From: an uncultured Gemmatimonadales bacterium
GTDB lineage: Bacteria > Gemmatimonadota > Gemmatimonadetes > Gemmatimonadales > GWC2-71-9
NCBI GenBank assembly: GCA_963779755.1
Contig: CAVZZO010000001.1
Location: 1,664,001-1,728,000 of the forward strand
Length of the DNA: 64,000 nt
Reading direction: 5' to 3'
Shown one piece after another: positions 29,951 to 41,373 of this stretch (the first letter of the stretch is position 1; every line of letters starts with the position of its first letter). The notes below the pieces were generated by a model. That model did no database searches. It was not told the DNA's origin and saw only the letters and a list, made by a program, of their open reading frames with translations. The position numbers were made by a program, and so were the translations under genes.

Positions 29951-30046
29951 GGTCGGATGGCCGGTGCGCGGGACGGGTGACGTTAGGTACCCGCCTGATT
30001 AAAGTCCATAGGCCGTTGCCCCTCTCTTCCTGGTGGAAGCCATGGC

Positions 30047-30568
30047 ATGCTGACCCTTCTGAAGCTGCTGCAGTCGATGGTGCGCGCCCTCCATTCGGAG
30101 GGGACGCCGGGGCAAGTGGCGGCGGGCATCGCTCTGGGAGCGGCGCTGGGCCTTACCCCGCTGCTGGCGCTCCACAATCTGGTCATCCTCGCGCTCATCG
30201 TGTTGCTGAACGTCTCCTTTCCCGGCGGGATGCTGGGCTGGCTGGTGTTCACCCCGCTGGGATTTCTGCTGGACCCGCTCTTCGACCGGATCGGCCAGCT
30301 GCTCCTGCTGCAGACGCCGGCCCTGCGGCCCTTCTGGACCGGGCTGACCAACACCCCGATCCTGCCCTACACCGATTTCAACAATACCGTCGTGCTGGGC
30401 AGCTTCGTCACCTGGCTGGTGCTGGTCGTTCCCATCTTCTTCCTGGCCCGGCTGGGGGTGGCGCGCTACCGGACGACGCTGGGCGAGCGGGTGCGCGCCT
30501 CCCGCTTCTACCGGGCGGTGGCGGCGTCGAAGGCCTATAACATCTACCGCTGGTTCCGGCCCGGATGA
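30047..30568 (+). CDS. TIGR03546-family membrane protein
   Basis: LHSEGTPGQVAAG..LG, DPLFD.IG..LL, FNNTVVLGS. Confidence 0.85.
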   Translation: MLTLLKLLQSMVRALHSEGTPGQVAAGIALGAALGLTPLLALHNLVILALIVLLNVSFPGGMLGWLVFTPLGFLLDPLFDRIGQLLLLQTPALRPFWTGLTNTPILPYTDFNNTVVLGSFVTWLVLVVPIFFLARLGVARYRTTLGERVRASRFYRAVAASKAYNIYRWFRPG

Positions 30569-32370
30569 GCCGCCTGCGTGTCTTCCGCTGGCGGGCAGTG
30601 GGGCCGCTGCTGGTGATTCTGGCGCTGCTGGGTGTCCTCTGGCTCATCTTCGGCGACCTCCTGCTGCAGCAGACGGCCGAGGATGCGGGCAGCGATCTCC
30701 TGGGGACGCAGGTGGATGTGGCCGGCCTGCATCTGCGGGAGAGCCGGTCGACCCTGGATATCGGCCGGCTGCAGATCGCCGATCCGTTCGACTCGCTGCG
30801 CAACCTGGTGGAGACGGGGGCCATTCGCCTCGAGCTGGACCCGGCGGCGCTGCTGGAGAAGAAACTGGTGGTAAACCGGCTCGAATTGCATGGGCTGCGC
30901 TTCGGCACCCGGCGGGCGACGGCGGCGCGGCACGTCTCCGGGAGCGGGTTCGCGCCCCGGCTGGTCTCCCAGATGCAGGAGTGGTCCCGCCAGTTCGATC
31001 TGCCGCTGCTCCAGCTGACCCCGCTGGACACCATCCGGCAGCTCGCGCTGCACCCCGAGCAGCTCACTACCGTGCGGCGCGCGGAAGCGCTGGCCGGTAC
31101 GGTGGACTCCACCCAGCGGGCGTTCCGCGATACCCTGGCGGCGATCGATCCGCAGCGGACCATCGACTCGGCCCAGGCGCTCATCCGGCGGCTCCAGGGA
31201 GCGACGCCGGCGTCGCTGGGCGTGCAGGGGATCCGGCAGGCGGTGACCTCGGTGAAGAACACGCTGGACGAGGTCAACCGGCTGGAGGCCCAGGTGCAGA
31301 GCCTGCAGCGCAACGCCGACGCGGGCGTCGGGGCCATCCAATCCGGCCTCAATGGCGTGCGGCAGGGGCTCGACGCCGATTACGCCTTTGCCCGGGGGCT
31401 GTTGCAGCTGCCCAGCTTCCGGGCGCCGGAGATCGGGTCGGCGCTCTTCGGCAGGGTGAGCGTCGATCGCTTTCAGCAAGTCACCTACTGGGCCGAACTG
31501 GCGCAGCACTACCTGCCGCCCGGCCTGCAGCCGCGGGTGCGGCCGGCCTCGAATCACCTGCGCCGGGGGGGCACCACCGTGACCTTCCCGAAGGCGGAGG
31601 CCTATCCCGCCTTCCTGCTGCGGCAGGGTGCGCTCGACCTTACCCTGGGCGAAGGCAAGGCGGCCAGCAGGTTCACGCTCAGCGTGCAGGGCGTCACCAC
31701 GCAGCCTGCGGTCTACGGACGGCCCGCGGTCATCCGGAGCCGGGGAGCAATCGGCGGCGCCACCCCGGTCCAGCTGGGGCTGGATGCGGTGCTGGATCAC
31801 ACCGGAGGAGTGCCCAGCGATTCGCTGCGACTGGACGTGGCCGGTGTGCCGCTGCCCGGGTTCCGTCTGCCGGGGCTTCCCTTCCGGGCGCGCCCCGGGC
31901 CCGGCAGGAGCAGCCTCGCATTCCGTCTGCAGGGCGACCGGCTGGACGGACAGCTTACGTTACGCGCAAACCAGATTGCCTGGGAAGCCGATTCGGGGCA
32001 GCGCAGCATCCTGGAGCAGATCGTCTGGGAGGTGGTCCGGGGGTTGGCCAGCCTGCAGGTCAACGCCCGCATTGCGGGGCCGCTCCGCTCGCCATCGCTG
32101 AGTGTCTCGTCCAACCTCGACCAGGCGCTCGCAGCCCGGCTGCAGGCGGTGCTGGGCGAGCAGGTGGCGCGCGCGGAAGCGCGGGTGCGCAGCCAGGTGG
32201 ACAGCACGGTGGCGGGGCGGGTGGCGCCGGTGCGGGCGCGAGCCGACTCGGTGCGCGTCTCGATCCAGGAGCGTACCCAGGCGCTGCAGCAGCAGGTGAA
32301 GGACGTCAAGGCGCAGCTGGAGGCGCGGCTGCGCGCCCTGACGGGTGGGTTGGGAGGGTTCTTGCAGTGA
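30565..32370 (+). CDS. TIGR03545-family protein
   Basis: FRW N-terminus, single TM, LQIADP....NL, LSVSSNLD; paired with TIGR03546. Confidence 0.8.
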   Translation: MSRLRVFRWRAVGPLLVILALLGVLWLIFGDLLLQQTAEDAGSDLLGTQVDVAGLHLRESRSTLDIGRLQIADPFDSLRNLVETGAIRLELDPAALLEKKLVVNRLELHGLRFGTRRATAARHVSGSGFAPRLVSQMQEWSRQFDLPLLQLTPLDTIRQLALHPEQLTTVRRAEALAGTVDSTQRAFRDTLAAIDPQRTIDSAQALIRRLQGATPASLGVQGIRQAVTSVKNTLDEVNRLEAQVQSLQRNADAGVGAIQSGLNGVRQGLDADYAFARGLLQLPSFRAPEIGSALFGRVSVDRFQQVTYWAELAQHYLPPGLQPRVRPASNHLRRGGTTVTFPKAEAYPAFLLRQGALDLTLGEGKAASRFTLSVQGVTTQPAVYGRPAVIRSRGAIGGATPVQLGLDAVLDHTGGVPSDSLRLDVAGVPLPGFRLPGLPFRARPGPGRSSLAFRLQGDRLDGQLTLRANQIAWEADSGQRSILEQIVWEVVRGLASLQVNARIAGPLRSPSLSVSSNLDQALAARLQAVLGEQVARAEARVRSQVDSTVAGRVAPVRARADSVRVSIQERTQALQQQVKDVKAQLEARLRALTGGLGGFLQ

Positions 32371-32445
32371 GCCGTGAGCCGTGAGGCGTGAGCAGTGAGC
32401 GATGAGCGGGAGCCCCCGCTCACGGCTCACCGCTTACCCCTCACC
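32367..32445. repeat. Inverted heptamer (GTGAGCN) repeat element
   Basis: gtgagcc-gtgagcc-gtgaggc-gtgagca-gtgagcg-atgagcg ... cgctcac-ggctcac-cgcttac-ccctcac. Confidence 0.8.
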
Positions 32446-32481
32446 ACCAAGGAGTCTCAACTTCACTTCCCAGGAGTACGG

Positions 32482-33603
32482 ATGCGAATAGCCGTACCGA
32501 AGGAGCGGGCGCCCGGCGAACGCCGGGTGGCGCTGATTCCCGATTCGGTGGCCCGGTTGATCAAGAAAGGAGCCGAGGTCGCGGTGGAGCGGTCGGCCGG
32601 GAACGAAGCCGGGTTTCCCGATCCCGCTTACCAGCAGGCCGGCGCCACCCTGGCCGCCGATGCGGCCGCGGCCTGCGCCGGGGCGGACCTGACCGTCCGG
32701 GTGCAGCGGCCCGGCCCCGATGAAATCGGTCTGCTGCCGGAGGGCTCGGCCCTGGTGGGATTTCTCCAGCCCGGCTCCGATCCGGCCTACTTCGAATCGC
32801 TGGCCGCGCGGCGCGTCACCAGCTTCAGCATGGAGCGGGTGCCGCGGATTACCCGGGCCCAGTCCATGGACGCGCTGTCGTCGCAGGCTACCGTGGCCGG
32901 CTACAAGGCGGTGCTGCTGGGCGCGGCGGCCATGCCGAGGCTGCTGCCGATGCTCACCACGGCCGCGGGCACACTGGCGCCGGCGCGGGCCTTCATTCTG
33001 GGCGCCGGCGTGGCCGGGCTCCAGGCCATTGCCACAGCGCGGCGGCTGGGAGCGGTGGTGGCCGCGTTCGACGTCCGCCCGGCCGTAAAGGAGCAGGTAG
33101 AAAGCCTGGGCGCGTCCTTCCTGGCGGCGGAGGCTGTGAGTCAGGAGGCCGAGACGGCGGGCGGCTATGCCAAGGAACTGGGCGAGGAGCAGCACCGGCG
33201 CGAGCTGGAGCTGATCGGCACCCACCTGCCGGCGATGGATCTGGTCATCACCACGGCGCAGATTCCCGGCCGGCCCGCGCCGCGGCTCATCACCGGCGAC
33301 ATGGTAGCCGGCATGAAGCCCGGCGCCGTGATCATAGACCTCGCCGCCGACAGCGGCGGAAATTGCGAGCTCACCAGGGCAGGCGAAACGGTGGAGGTGG
33401 GGGGCGTGCGCGTGATCGGCGCGCGGAACCTGCCGGCCACGGTCCCGCTCCACGCCAGCCAGATGTACAGCCGCAATCTGCTCACGTTCATCGAATACCT
33501 GCTGAAGGACGGGGCGCTGGCGATCGACCTGGACGATCCCATCACCGGCCCCATGTGTCTCACCCACGCGGGCGCGGTGCGCGCCGGGGAAGGTGCCGCA
33601 TGA
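32482..33603 (+). CDS. pntA: NAD(P) transhydrogenase alpha subunit, part 1
   Basis: SD CAGGAG; MRIAVPKE...ERRVAL, RITRAQSMDALSSQ, GAGVAGLQAI. Confidence 0.95.
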   Translation: MRIAVPKERAPGERRVALIPDSVARLIKKGAEVAVERSAGNEAGFPDPAYQQAGATLAADAAAACAGADLTVRVQRPGPDEIGLLPEGSALVGFLQPGSDPAYFESLAARRVTSFSMERVPRITRAQSMDALSSQATVAGYKAVLLGAAAMPRLLPMLTTAAGTLAPARAFILGAGVAGLQAIATARRLGAVVAAFDVRPAVKEQVESLGASFLAAEAVSQEAETAGGYAKELGEEQHRRELELIGTHLPAMDLVITTAQIPGRPAPRLITGDMVAGMKPGAVIIDLAADSGGNCELTRAGETVEVGGVRVIGARNLPATVPLHASQMYSRNLLTFIEYLLKDGALAIDLDDPITGPMCLTHAGAVRAGEGAA

Positions 33604-33890
33604 GCGAGACCCTGATCGTCGGGATCGTGATCTTTACGCTGGCCACGTTCCTCGGTGTCGAGCTGATTCACCGGGTGCCGGCCACGCTGCATACGCCGCT
33701 CATGTCGGGCGCCAACGCCATCAGCGGCATCACCGTCGTCGGTGCGCTCATCGTGGCCGGCGGGGGCTACGGCTGGATTTCCCAGGTCTTCGGATTCGGC
33801 GCGCTGGTGTTCGCCATGATGAACGTGGTGGGCGGCTACGCCGTCACCGACCGGATGCTCCAGATGTTCCGCCGCAAGGAGGAGAAGTGA
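33600..33890 (+). CDS. pntA: NAD(P) transhydrogenase alpha subunit, part 2
   Basis: VPATLHTPLMSGANAISG, NVVGGYAVTDRML. Confidence 0.93.
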   Translation: MSETLIVGIVIFTLATFLGVELIHRVPATLHTPLMSGANAISGITVVGALIVAGGGYGWISQVFGFGALVFAMMNVVGGYAVTDRMLQMFRRKEEK

Positions 33891-35278
33891 TGCCCGCCAC
33901 CCTGGTAGAGCTCAGCTATCTCGTCGCTGCGGTCCTGTTCATTCTGGGGCTCAAGCGCCTGTCCAGCCCGGCCACCGCCCGGCAGGGCAACCTCCTGAGC
34001 GGCCTCGGCATGCTGCTCGCGATCATCGTGACGCTGTTCAACCGCGAGATCCTGTCGTTCCCCATCATCATCGCCGGGCTGGTAGTGGGCTCGGGCATCG
34101 GGCTCTGGATGGCGCGGACGGTCAAGATGACGTCCATGCCCCAGATGGTGGCGCTGCTCAACGGTTTCGGCGGGGCGGCGTCGCTGCTGGTGGGCGGGGC
34201 GGAGTTCCTCAAGAGCCAGCTGGCGGGGCAGCCGCTGCCGCCGGATACCGATATCACCATTCAACTGAGCCTGCTGATCGGGGCGGTAACCTTCACGGGC
34301 AGCCTCATTGCCTTCGCCAAGCTGCAGGAGCTCATGCGGGGGCAGGCCATCACTTTCCCGCTGCAGAAGGCGGTCAACGCGCTGATCTTCCTGGGCATCG
34401 CCGGGCTGGCGACCTACCAGGTGGCGACCGCGGGCTCGATCCTGTGGCCCTTCTATACCGTGATCGGGCTGTCGCTGCTGCTGGGCATTCTGGTGGTGAT
34501 CCCCATCGGCGGGGCCGACATGCCGGTGGTCATCTCGCTGCTCAACAGCTATTCCGGCATCGCCGCCGCCATGACCGGTTTCGTCATCCAGAACCACGTG
34601 CTGATCATCGCCGGGGCGCTGGTGGGCAGCTCGGGCATCATTCTGAGCCAGATCATGTGCCGGGCGATGAACCGCTCGCTCACCAACGTGCTGTTCGGCG
34701 CCTTCGGCGCCACCGCCGGCGGCCCGAAGAAATCGGCCGAGGGGCTGACCGTCCGGCAGGTAACGGCCGAGGACGCGGCGGTCCAGCTGGCCTACGCCCG
34801 GCTGGTGATCGTGGTGCCGGGCTACGGCCTGGCGGTGGCGCAGGCACAGCACCAGGTACGGGAACTGGCCGATCTGATCGAGAAGCGGGGCGGGGAAGTG
34901 AAGTACGCCATTCACCCCGTGGCGGGGCGGATGCCGGGGCACATGAACGTGCTGCTGGCGGAGGCCAACGTGCCCTACGACAAGCTGTATGACATGGACG
35001 AGATCAACAGCGAGTTCGACCGGGCCGATGTGGCGCTGGTGATCGGGGCGAACGACGTGGTGAACCCCGCCGCCCGCAGCGATCCGGGGAGCCCGATCTA
35101 CGGCATGCCGATTCTGGATGTCGATCACGCACAGAGCATCATCGTGATGAAGCGCAGCATGAACCCCGGCTTCGCCGGTATCGAGAACGAACTCTTCTAT
35201 AATCCGAAGACCAGCATGCTGTTCGGCGATGCCAAGGCGAGCCTGACGAAGCTGGTGAGCGAGGTGAAGGCACTCTAG
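33890..35278 (+). CDS. pntB: NAD(P) transhydrogenase beta subunit
   Basis: IGGADMPVVISLLNSYSG, HPVAGRMPGHMNVLLAEA, GANDVVNP. Confidence 0.96.
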   Translation: MPATLVELSYLVAAVLFILGLKRLSSPATARQGNLLSGLGMLLAIIVTLFNREILSFPIIIAGLVVGSGIGLWMARTVKMTSMPQMVALLNGFGGAASLLVGGAEFLKSQLAGQPLPPDTDITIQLSLLIGAVTFTGSLIAFAKLQELMRGQAITFPLQKAVNALIFLGIAGLATYQVATAGSILWPFYTVIGLSLLLGILVVIPIGGADMPVVISLLNSYSGIAAAMTGFVIQNHVLIIAGALVGSSGIILSQIMCRAMNRSLTNVLFGAFGATAGGPKKSAEGLTVRQVTAEDAAVQLAYARLVIVVPGYGLAVAQAQHQVRELADLIEKRGGEVKYAIHPVAGRMPGHMNVLLAEANVPYDKLYDMDEINSEFDRADVALVIGANDVVNPAARSDPGSPIYGMPILDVDHAQSIIVMKRSMNPGFAGIENELFYNPKTSMLFGDAKASLTKLVSEVKAL

Positions 35279-35358
35279 GGAAACGGGAATGGGGAAATGA
35301 ACAGCGGGAAAGGGAGCATGGGCGCCCTTTCCCGCTTCCCGTTTCCCGGTTCCCGTTT
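35278..35358. repeat. Inverted heptamer (GGGAAAC) repeat element between convergent genes
   Basis: gggaaac-gggaatg-gggaaat...gggaaag ... tttcccg-cttcccg-tttcccg-gttcccg. Confidence 0.78.
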
Positions 35359-35361
35359 GCT

Positions 35362-35934
35362 TTACGGCGCCAACCGCGGCTCCGCGATGCCCGCGTTCTT
35401 CGCGATCCGCTCCTGCGCCTCCCGGTAGTTCTGGGCGAACTCCTCGCGCCAGCCGGCCGGCATGTTGGCGCGGAAGTAGTCAGCGGTCATGATCTCCTTG
35501 CCGCCGCCCCGGGTGGTCGCCTCGACCTGGCCCAGGAAACAGGTGCTGGCGCCCCCGTCCATGGTGTTGACCAGCCGGCATTCGAAGGCCGCATAGCAGT
35601 CCAGCAGCACCGGCACGCCGCCCAGGCCCAGCCGGAAGGGGATGTCCTTGAGCTTCTCCCGTGCCCGGCCGCTTACGAACCCCAGGTCATAGATCAGGTC
35701 AAACTGTTCCCGGTGCAGCAGATGGGCGGTGAAGCGGCCGCTCTGCCAGATCAGTTCGTGGCTGAGATGCCATTTGTGGACATAGATGGAGAGCCGGGGG
35801 AACTGGGGCGAGATGGTGGCCCGGGCCGCGCTGTCCAGGATCATCCCGTTGTTCCGCCCGCCATGGCTGGCGGTCACCGCCACCACCGGGGAGGCCAGGC
35901 GCCGGAGCAGCTCGTATTCGTCGCTGGTGAGCAT
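35362..35934 (-). CDS. Flavin reductase-like protein
   Basis: SPVVAVTA, G.PVL.D..A.FEC.LV, T.FLG.V. Confidence 0.85.
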   Translation of the reverse strand: MLTSDEYELLRRLASPVVAVTASHGGRNNGMILDSAARATISPQFPRLSIYVHKWHLSHELIWQSGRFTAHLLHREQFDLIYDLGFVSGRAREKLKDIPFRLGLGGVPVLLDCYAAFECRLVNTMDGGASTCFLGQVEATTRGGGKEIMTADYFRANMPAGWREEFAQNYREAQERIAKNAGIAEPRLAP

Positions 35935-36179
35935 GAGGCGAATCTAGTCGGGCGCAGCCCTCGTACAAGAAACGGGAACTTTCGCGGGTCCAGGGGGTTC
36001 CTCGCTGTGAGGGACCAGGATGTTGCTGAACACGCGGTCAGTTCTGCCGACGTGATCTGGACCCGTGACGAAAATGTGATCCAGCGCATCTATAGAGGAG
36101 TGCCACGGACGGGCGGAGTCGTTCGTCTTGGCCGTTCTGGGGTGACTCGCTGCAAGTAGCAGAGACACTACGAGTTACC

Positions 36180-36215
36180 TAAGGTGTTGATTTTGTGTAG
36201 TTTAAGTGATATATT
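36180..36215 (+). promoter_or_regulatory. Sigma70-type promoter of the sigma gene with overlapping IHF-consensus site
   Basis: TTGATT(36187)-N17-TATATT(36210) with extended TG; reverse strand AATCAAcaccTTA matches WATCAANNNNTTR. Confidence 0.6.
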
Positions 36216-36289
36216 TACCGGCTAATTATTGCACAGTCCCTGTTCGCGATGCGCGCCGTGGGGCTTGACGCATCGCAAGGAGGGTAAGA

Positions 36290-37189
36290 GTGAAAGTCGT
36301 AAAGTCTCGCGTGCGGCGCCGTCGGCCCATCCGGCCGGCCCAGATTGCGAAGGCGGTGGATGAGGGTCGCGAGAGTCTGGACCTGTACCTGGACGAGATC
36401 AGTCGGGTACCCCTGCTCTCCCGGGAAGAGGAGATGGAACTGGCCCACAAGGCCTTCAAGGGGAACGTAGCGGCCCAGGAGAAGCTGGCCCGGCACAACG
36501 TCCGGTTCGTGGTCTCGGTGGCCAAGAAGTTCCAGAACCGGGGTGTGCCTCTCGTCGATCTGATCGGCGAAGGCAATCTGGGCCTGATGACCGCCGCGCG
36601 GAAATTCGATCCCAACCGTGGGGTCAAGTTCATTTCCTACGCGGTCTGGTGGATTCGCCAGGCGGTGCAGGCGGCGATCGCGCGGCATGGCCGTCCGGTC
36701 CGGGTGCCGCTCAACCGTACCGCCGATCTCAACCGGCTGAGTCGCACGGTCACGCTGCTCAAGGACCGGTTGGGGCGGATGCCCACCACCGAGGAGCTGG
36801 TGCGGGCCACCGGGCTCACGCACGAAGCCGTGCGCAGCCTGAGCGCGCTCAACTCCGAGGCCGTCCGGCTCGACCATCCCGTACGGGACGGCGAGGCGAG
36901 CGAGCGCATCGAGCGGTTTGCCATGACGGAGCAGGAAGGCACCGACTCGACCGCCATCGCCAACAGCCAGACCAGTTACATCGAAGCGGCGCTGGCCACC
37001 CTGCCGCCCCGCGATGCCAAGGTGCTCCGACTCTATTTCGGCCTGGACGACGGCAACAGCCGTACCCTGGAGGAAATCGGCCGGATGATGGGCGTCACCC
37101 GCGAGCGCATCCGGCAGCTGCGCGACCGCGCACTGCTGCGGCTCCGGGAGGGCGACCAGAGCTCCAAACTGAAGGATCTGGTGGCGTAA
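36290..37189 (+). CDS. Sigma70-family (RpoD/RpoS-like, no region 1.1) RNA polymerase sigma factor
   Basis: LDLYLDEISRVPLL, DLIGEGNLGL, KFISYAVWWIRQA, TLEEIG...VTRERIRQ. Confidence 0.95.
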   Translation: MKVVKSRVRRRRPIRPAQIAKAVDEGRESLDLYLDEISRVPLLSREEEMELAHKAFKGNVAAQEKLARHNVRFVVSVAKKFQNRGVPLVDLIGEGNLGLMTAARKFDPNRGVKFISYAVWWIRQAVQAAIARHGRPVRVPLNRTADLNRLSRTVTLLKDRLGRMPTTEELVRATGLTHEAVRSLSALNSEAVRLDHPVRDGEASERIERFAMTEQEGTDSTAIANSQTSYIEAALATLPPRDAKVLRLYFGLDDGNSRTLEEIGRMMGVTRERIRQLRDRALLRLREGDQSSKLKDLVA

Positions 37190-37205
37190 GCGCGGCCCGG
37201 TCCGG

Positions 37206-37246
37206 AAACGCAAGCGGCCCTCCCTCGGGAGGGCCGCTTGGCGTTT
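37206..37246. terminator. Intrinsic terminator hairpin
   Basis: caagcggccctccc-tc-gggagggccgcttg flanked by aaacg/cgttt. Confidence 0.8.
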
Positions 37247-37259
37247 GGACCGGGCCCCG

Positions 37260-37315
37260 CAGGAACCGGGAACCAGGGATGCCCCGCTGATCCCCGGTGG
37301 CTGGTTCCCTGATGC
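37260..37315. repeat. Degenerate inverted heptamer element
   Basis: caggaac-cgggaac-cagggat ... gatcccc...ggttccc-tgatgcc. Confidence 0.45.
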
Positions 37316-40102
<2,787 letters not shown>

Positions 40103-40301
40103 GGCTCCGGAGGGTTCTGGTTGCGGAATGCCGCCAACCTGTCAAGTATAGTATGCTGCCTCGCATCCTGAAGGCCGCGATCCGACGATCAATCACGCAC
40201 CCGGGTGACGTTTCACCCGCGAACCGCTCACCCGGCGGGGAGGGAGTCGCAAGTCATGGCGGTATTCCATCCTGACAGCCCAGCCCGGCGGTCCTGAGAC
40301 G

Positions 40302-40595
40302 ATGGTGCCCGGCCTGCAAGTCTGGCTCTGGATCTGGTACGGGATTCTCGCCCTCGGCATTGTCGGGCTCGCGGTGGCCATCTACTGGGGCCGGATGACA
40401 CGGTTCCGCAATCTGGACGAGATCTACCGCGGCGCGGGTACCATCTGCGTCTCGCTGGGAATGATCTTCCTGCTCCGCCACCTCTCCAGCTGGTTTGGCC
40501 GGGTGCTGCTGTTGCTCGCCCTCGGCGCCTTCATTGCCGCCTTCGTGTACGGCCGCCGTCCCCGGCCGCCGGATTCGGGCCCCCACGCGGCCTGA
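40302..40595 (+). CDS. Small membrane protein
   Basis: Three hydrophobic segments, GC3-rich. Confidence 0.65.
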   Translation: MVPGLQVWLWIWYGILALGIVGLAVAIYWGRMTRFRNLDEIYRGAGTICVSLGMIFLLRHLSSWFGRVLLLLALGAFIAAFVYGRRPRPPDSGPHAA

Positions 40596-40702
40596 GCACA
40601 AAGGGGACCTGCTCCCTTGCAAATCGTCCGTGCGCCGCTATGTATTGGACAGCAAACACGTTCCGGCATATGCCGGAACCGGATTTCACCCCGGGGGCGT
40701 GT

Positions 40703-41206
40703 ATGGCGGAGGAGGCGCGGCATTCGATTCTGGGTGAGGGCAGCACCGTGGGGATCATCGGCGCGGTCATCGTCGCGCTGTGGTTTCTCCTGCTCGACCT
40801 CGTGGACCACCGTCCCTTCTACACCCCGAGTATCCTGGGGCAGGTGATCCTCCTGGGGCGGGAGAACCCGGCCACCGGTCTGGTGCCCGAGGCCATTGCC
40901 CTGTACAGCTTCGTGCACTTCGCGGCCTTCGTGGTCTTCGGGATCGTCACCGTCCAGCTGGTGCACATGGCGACCCGCCAGTCGTTTTTCCGCTTCGCCC
41001 TGCTACTGCTGTTCGTGGGCTTCGAGTTCTTCTTCTACGGTTTCACCTACATTTTCTTCGCCGGCACGCGGGGGCTTTTCCCCTGGTGGTCCATTCTCGC
41101 GGCCAATACCCTGGCCGCCATCGGCATGGGCCTCTATATCATCCGGTCCCACCCCGGGCTCAAGGAATCGTGGGACCACCAGCCGCTGGGCGCGGAGACC
41201 ACCTGA
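40703..41206 (+). CDS. Hypothetical membrane protein
   Basis: Four TM segments; WFLLLD....PFYTP..LG; start is 40703 or 40670. Confidence 0.75.
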   Translation: MAEEARHSILGEGSTVGIIGAVIVALWFLLLDLVDHRPFYTPSILGQVILLGRENPATGLVPEAIALYSFVHFAAFVVFGIVTVQLVHMATRQSFFRFALLLLFVGFEFFFYGFTYIFFAGTRGLFPWWSILAANTLAAIGMGLYIIRSHPGLKESWDHQPLGAETT

Positions 41207-41229
41207 CATCAATCCGGGCACCGTCCACG

Positions 41230-41318
41230 CACAGGAGAACGCAAGAGACGCAGAGTCACGCGGAGGAAGAACAGACAATTTCCTCTGCGGGTCTCTGCGT
41301 GTTCCGTGTTCTCCTGTG
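41230..41318. repeat. Inverted repeat element with ~9-nt unit (ACGCAGAGA)
   Basis: 38-nt arms cacaggagaacgcaagagacgcagagtcacgcggagga / tcctctgcgggtctctgcgtgttccgtgttctcctgtg. Confidence 0.75.
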
Positions 41319-41373
41319 ACGAATCGGTGTCTGTTAGTTTACTGCTACCCCGACATTCCCAGGCGGTCCTGCC

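Noticed and set aside
33593..33889. N-terminal extensions in the ORF track (pntB from 33593, infA from 51437, NarL from 7960, ABC ATPase from 44549)
   Set aside because: These overlap real upstream genes in another frame; conserved N-termini begin at downstream ATGs.
32482..33890. Split pntA as a frameshift or pseudogene
   Set aside because: A three-subunit transhydrogenase (alpha1, alpha2, beta) is a well-known natural organisation.
36219..36232. Sigma54 promoter upstream of the sigma gene
   Set aside because: GG-to-GC spacing is 9 nt rather than 10; a sigma70-type promoter fits better.
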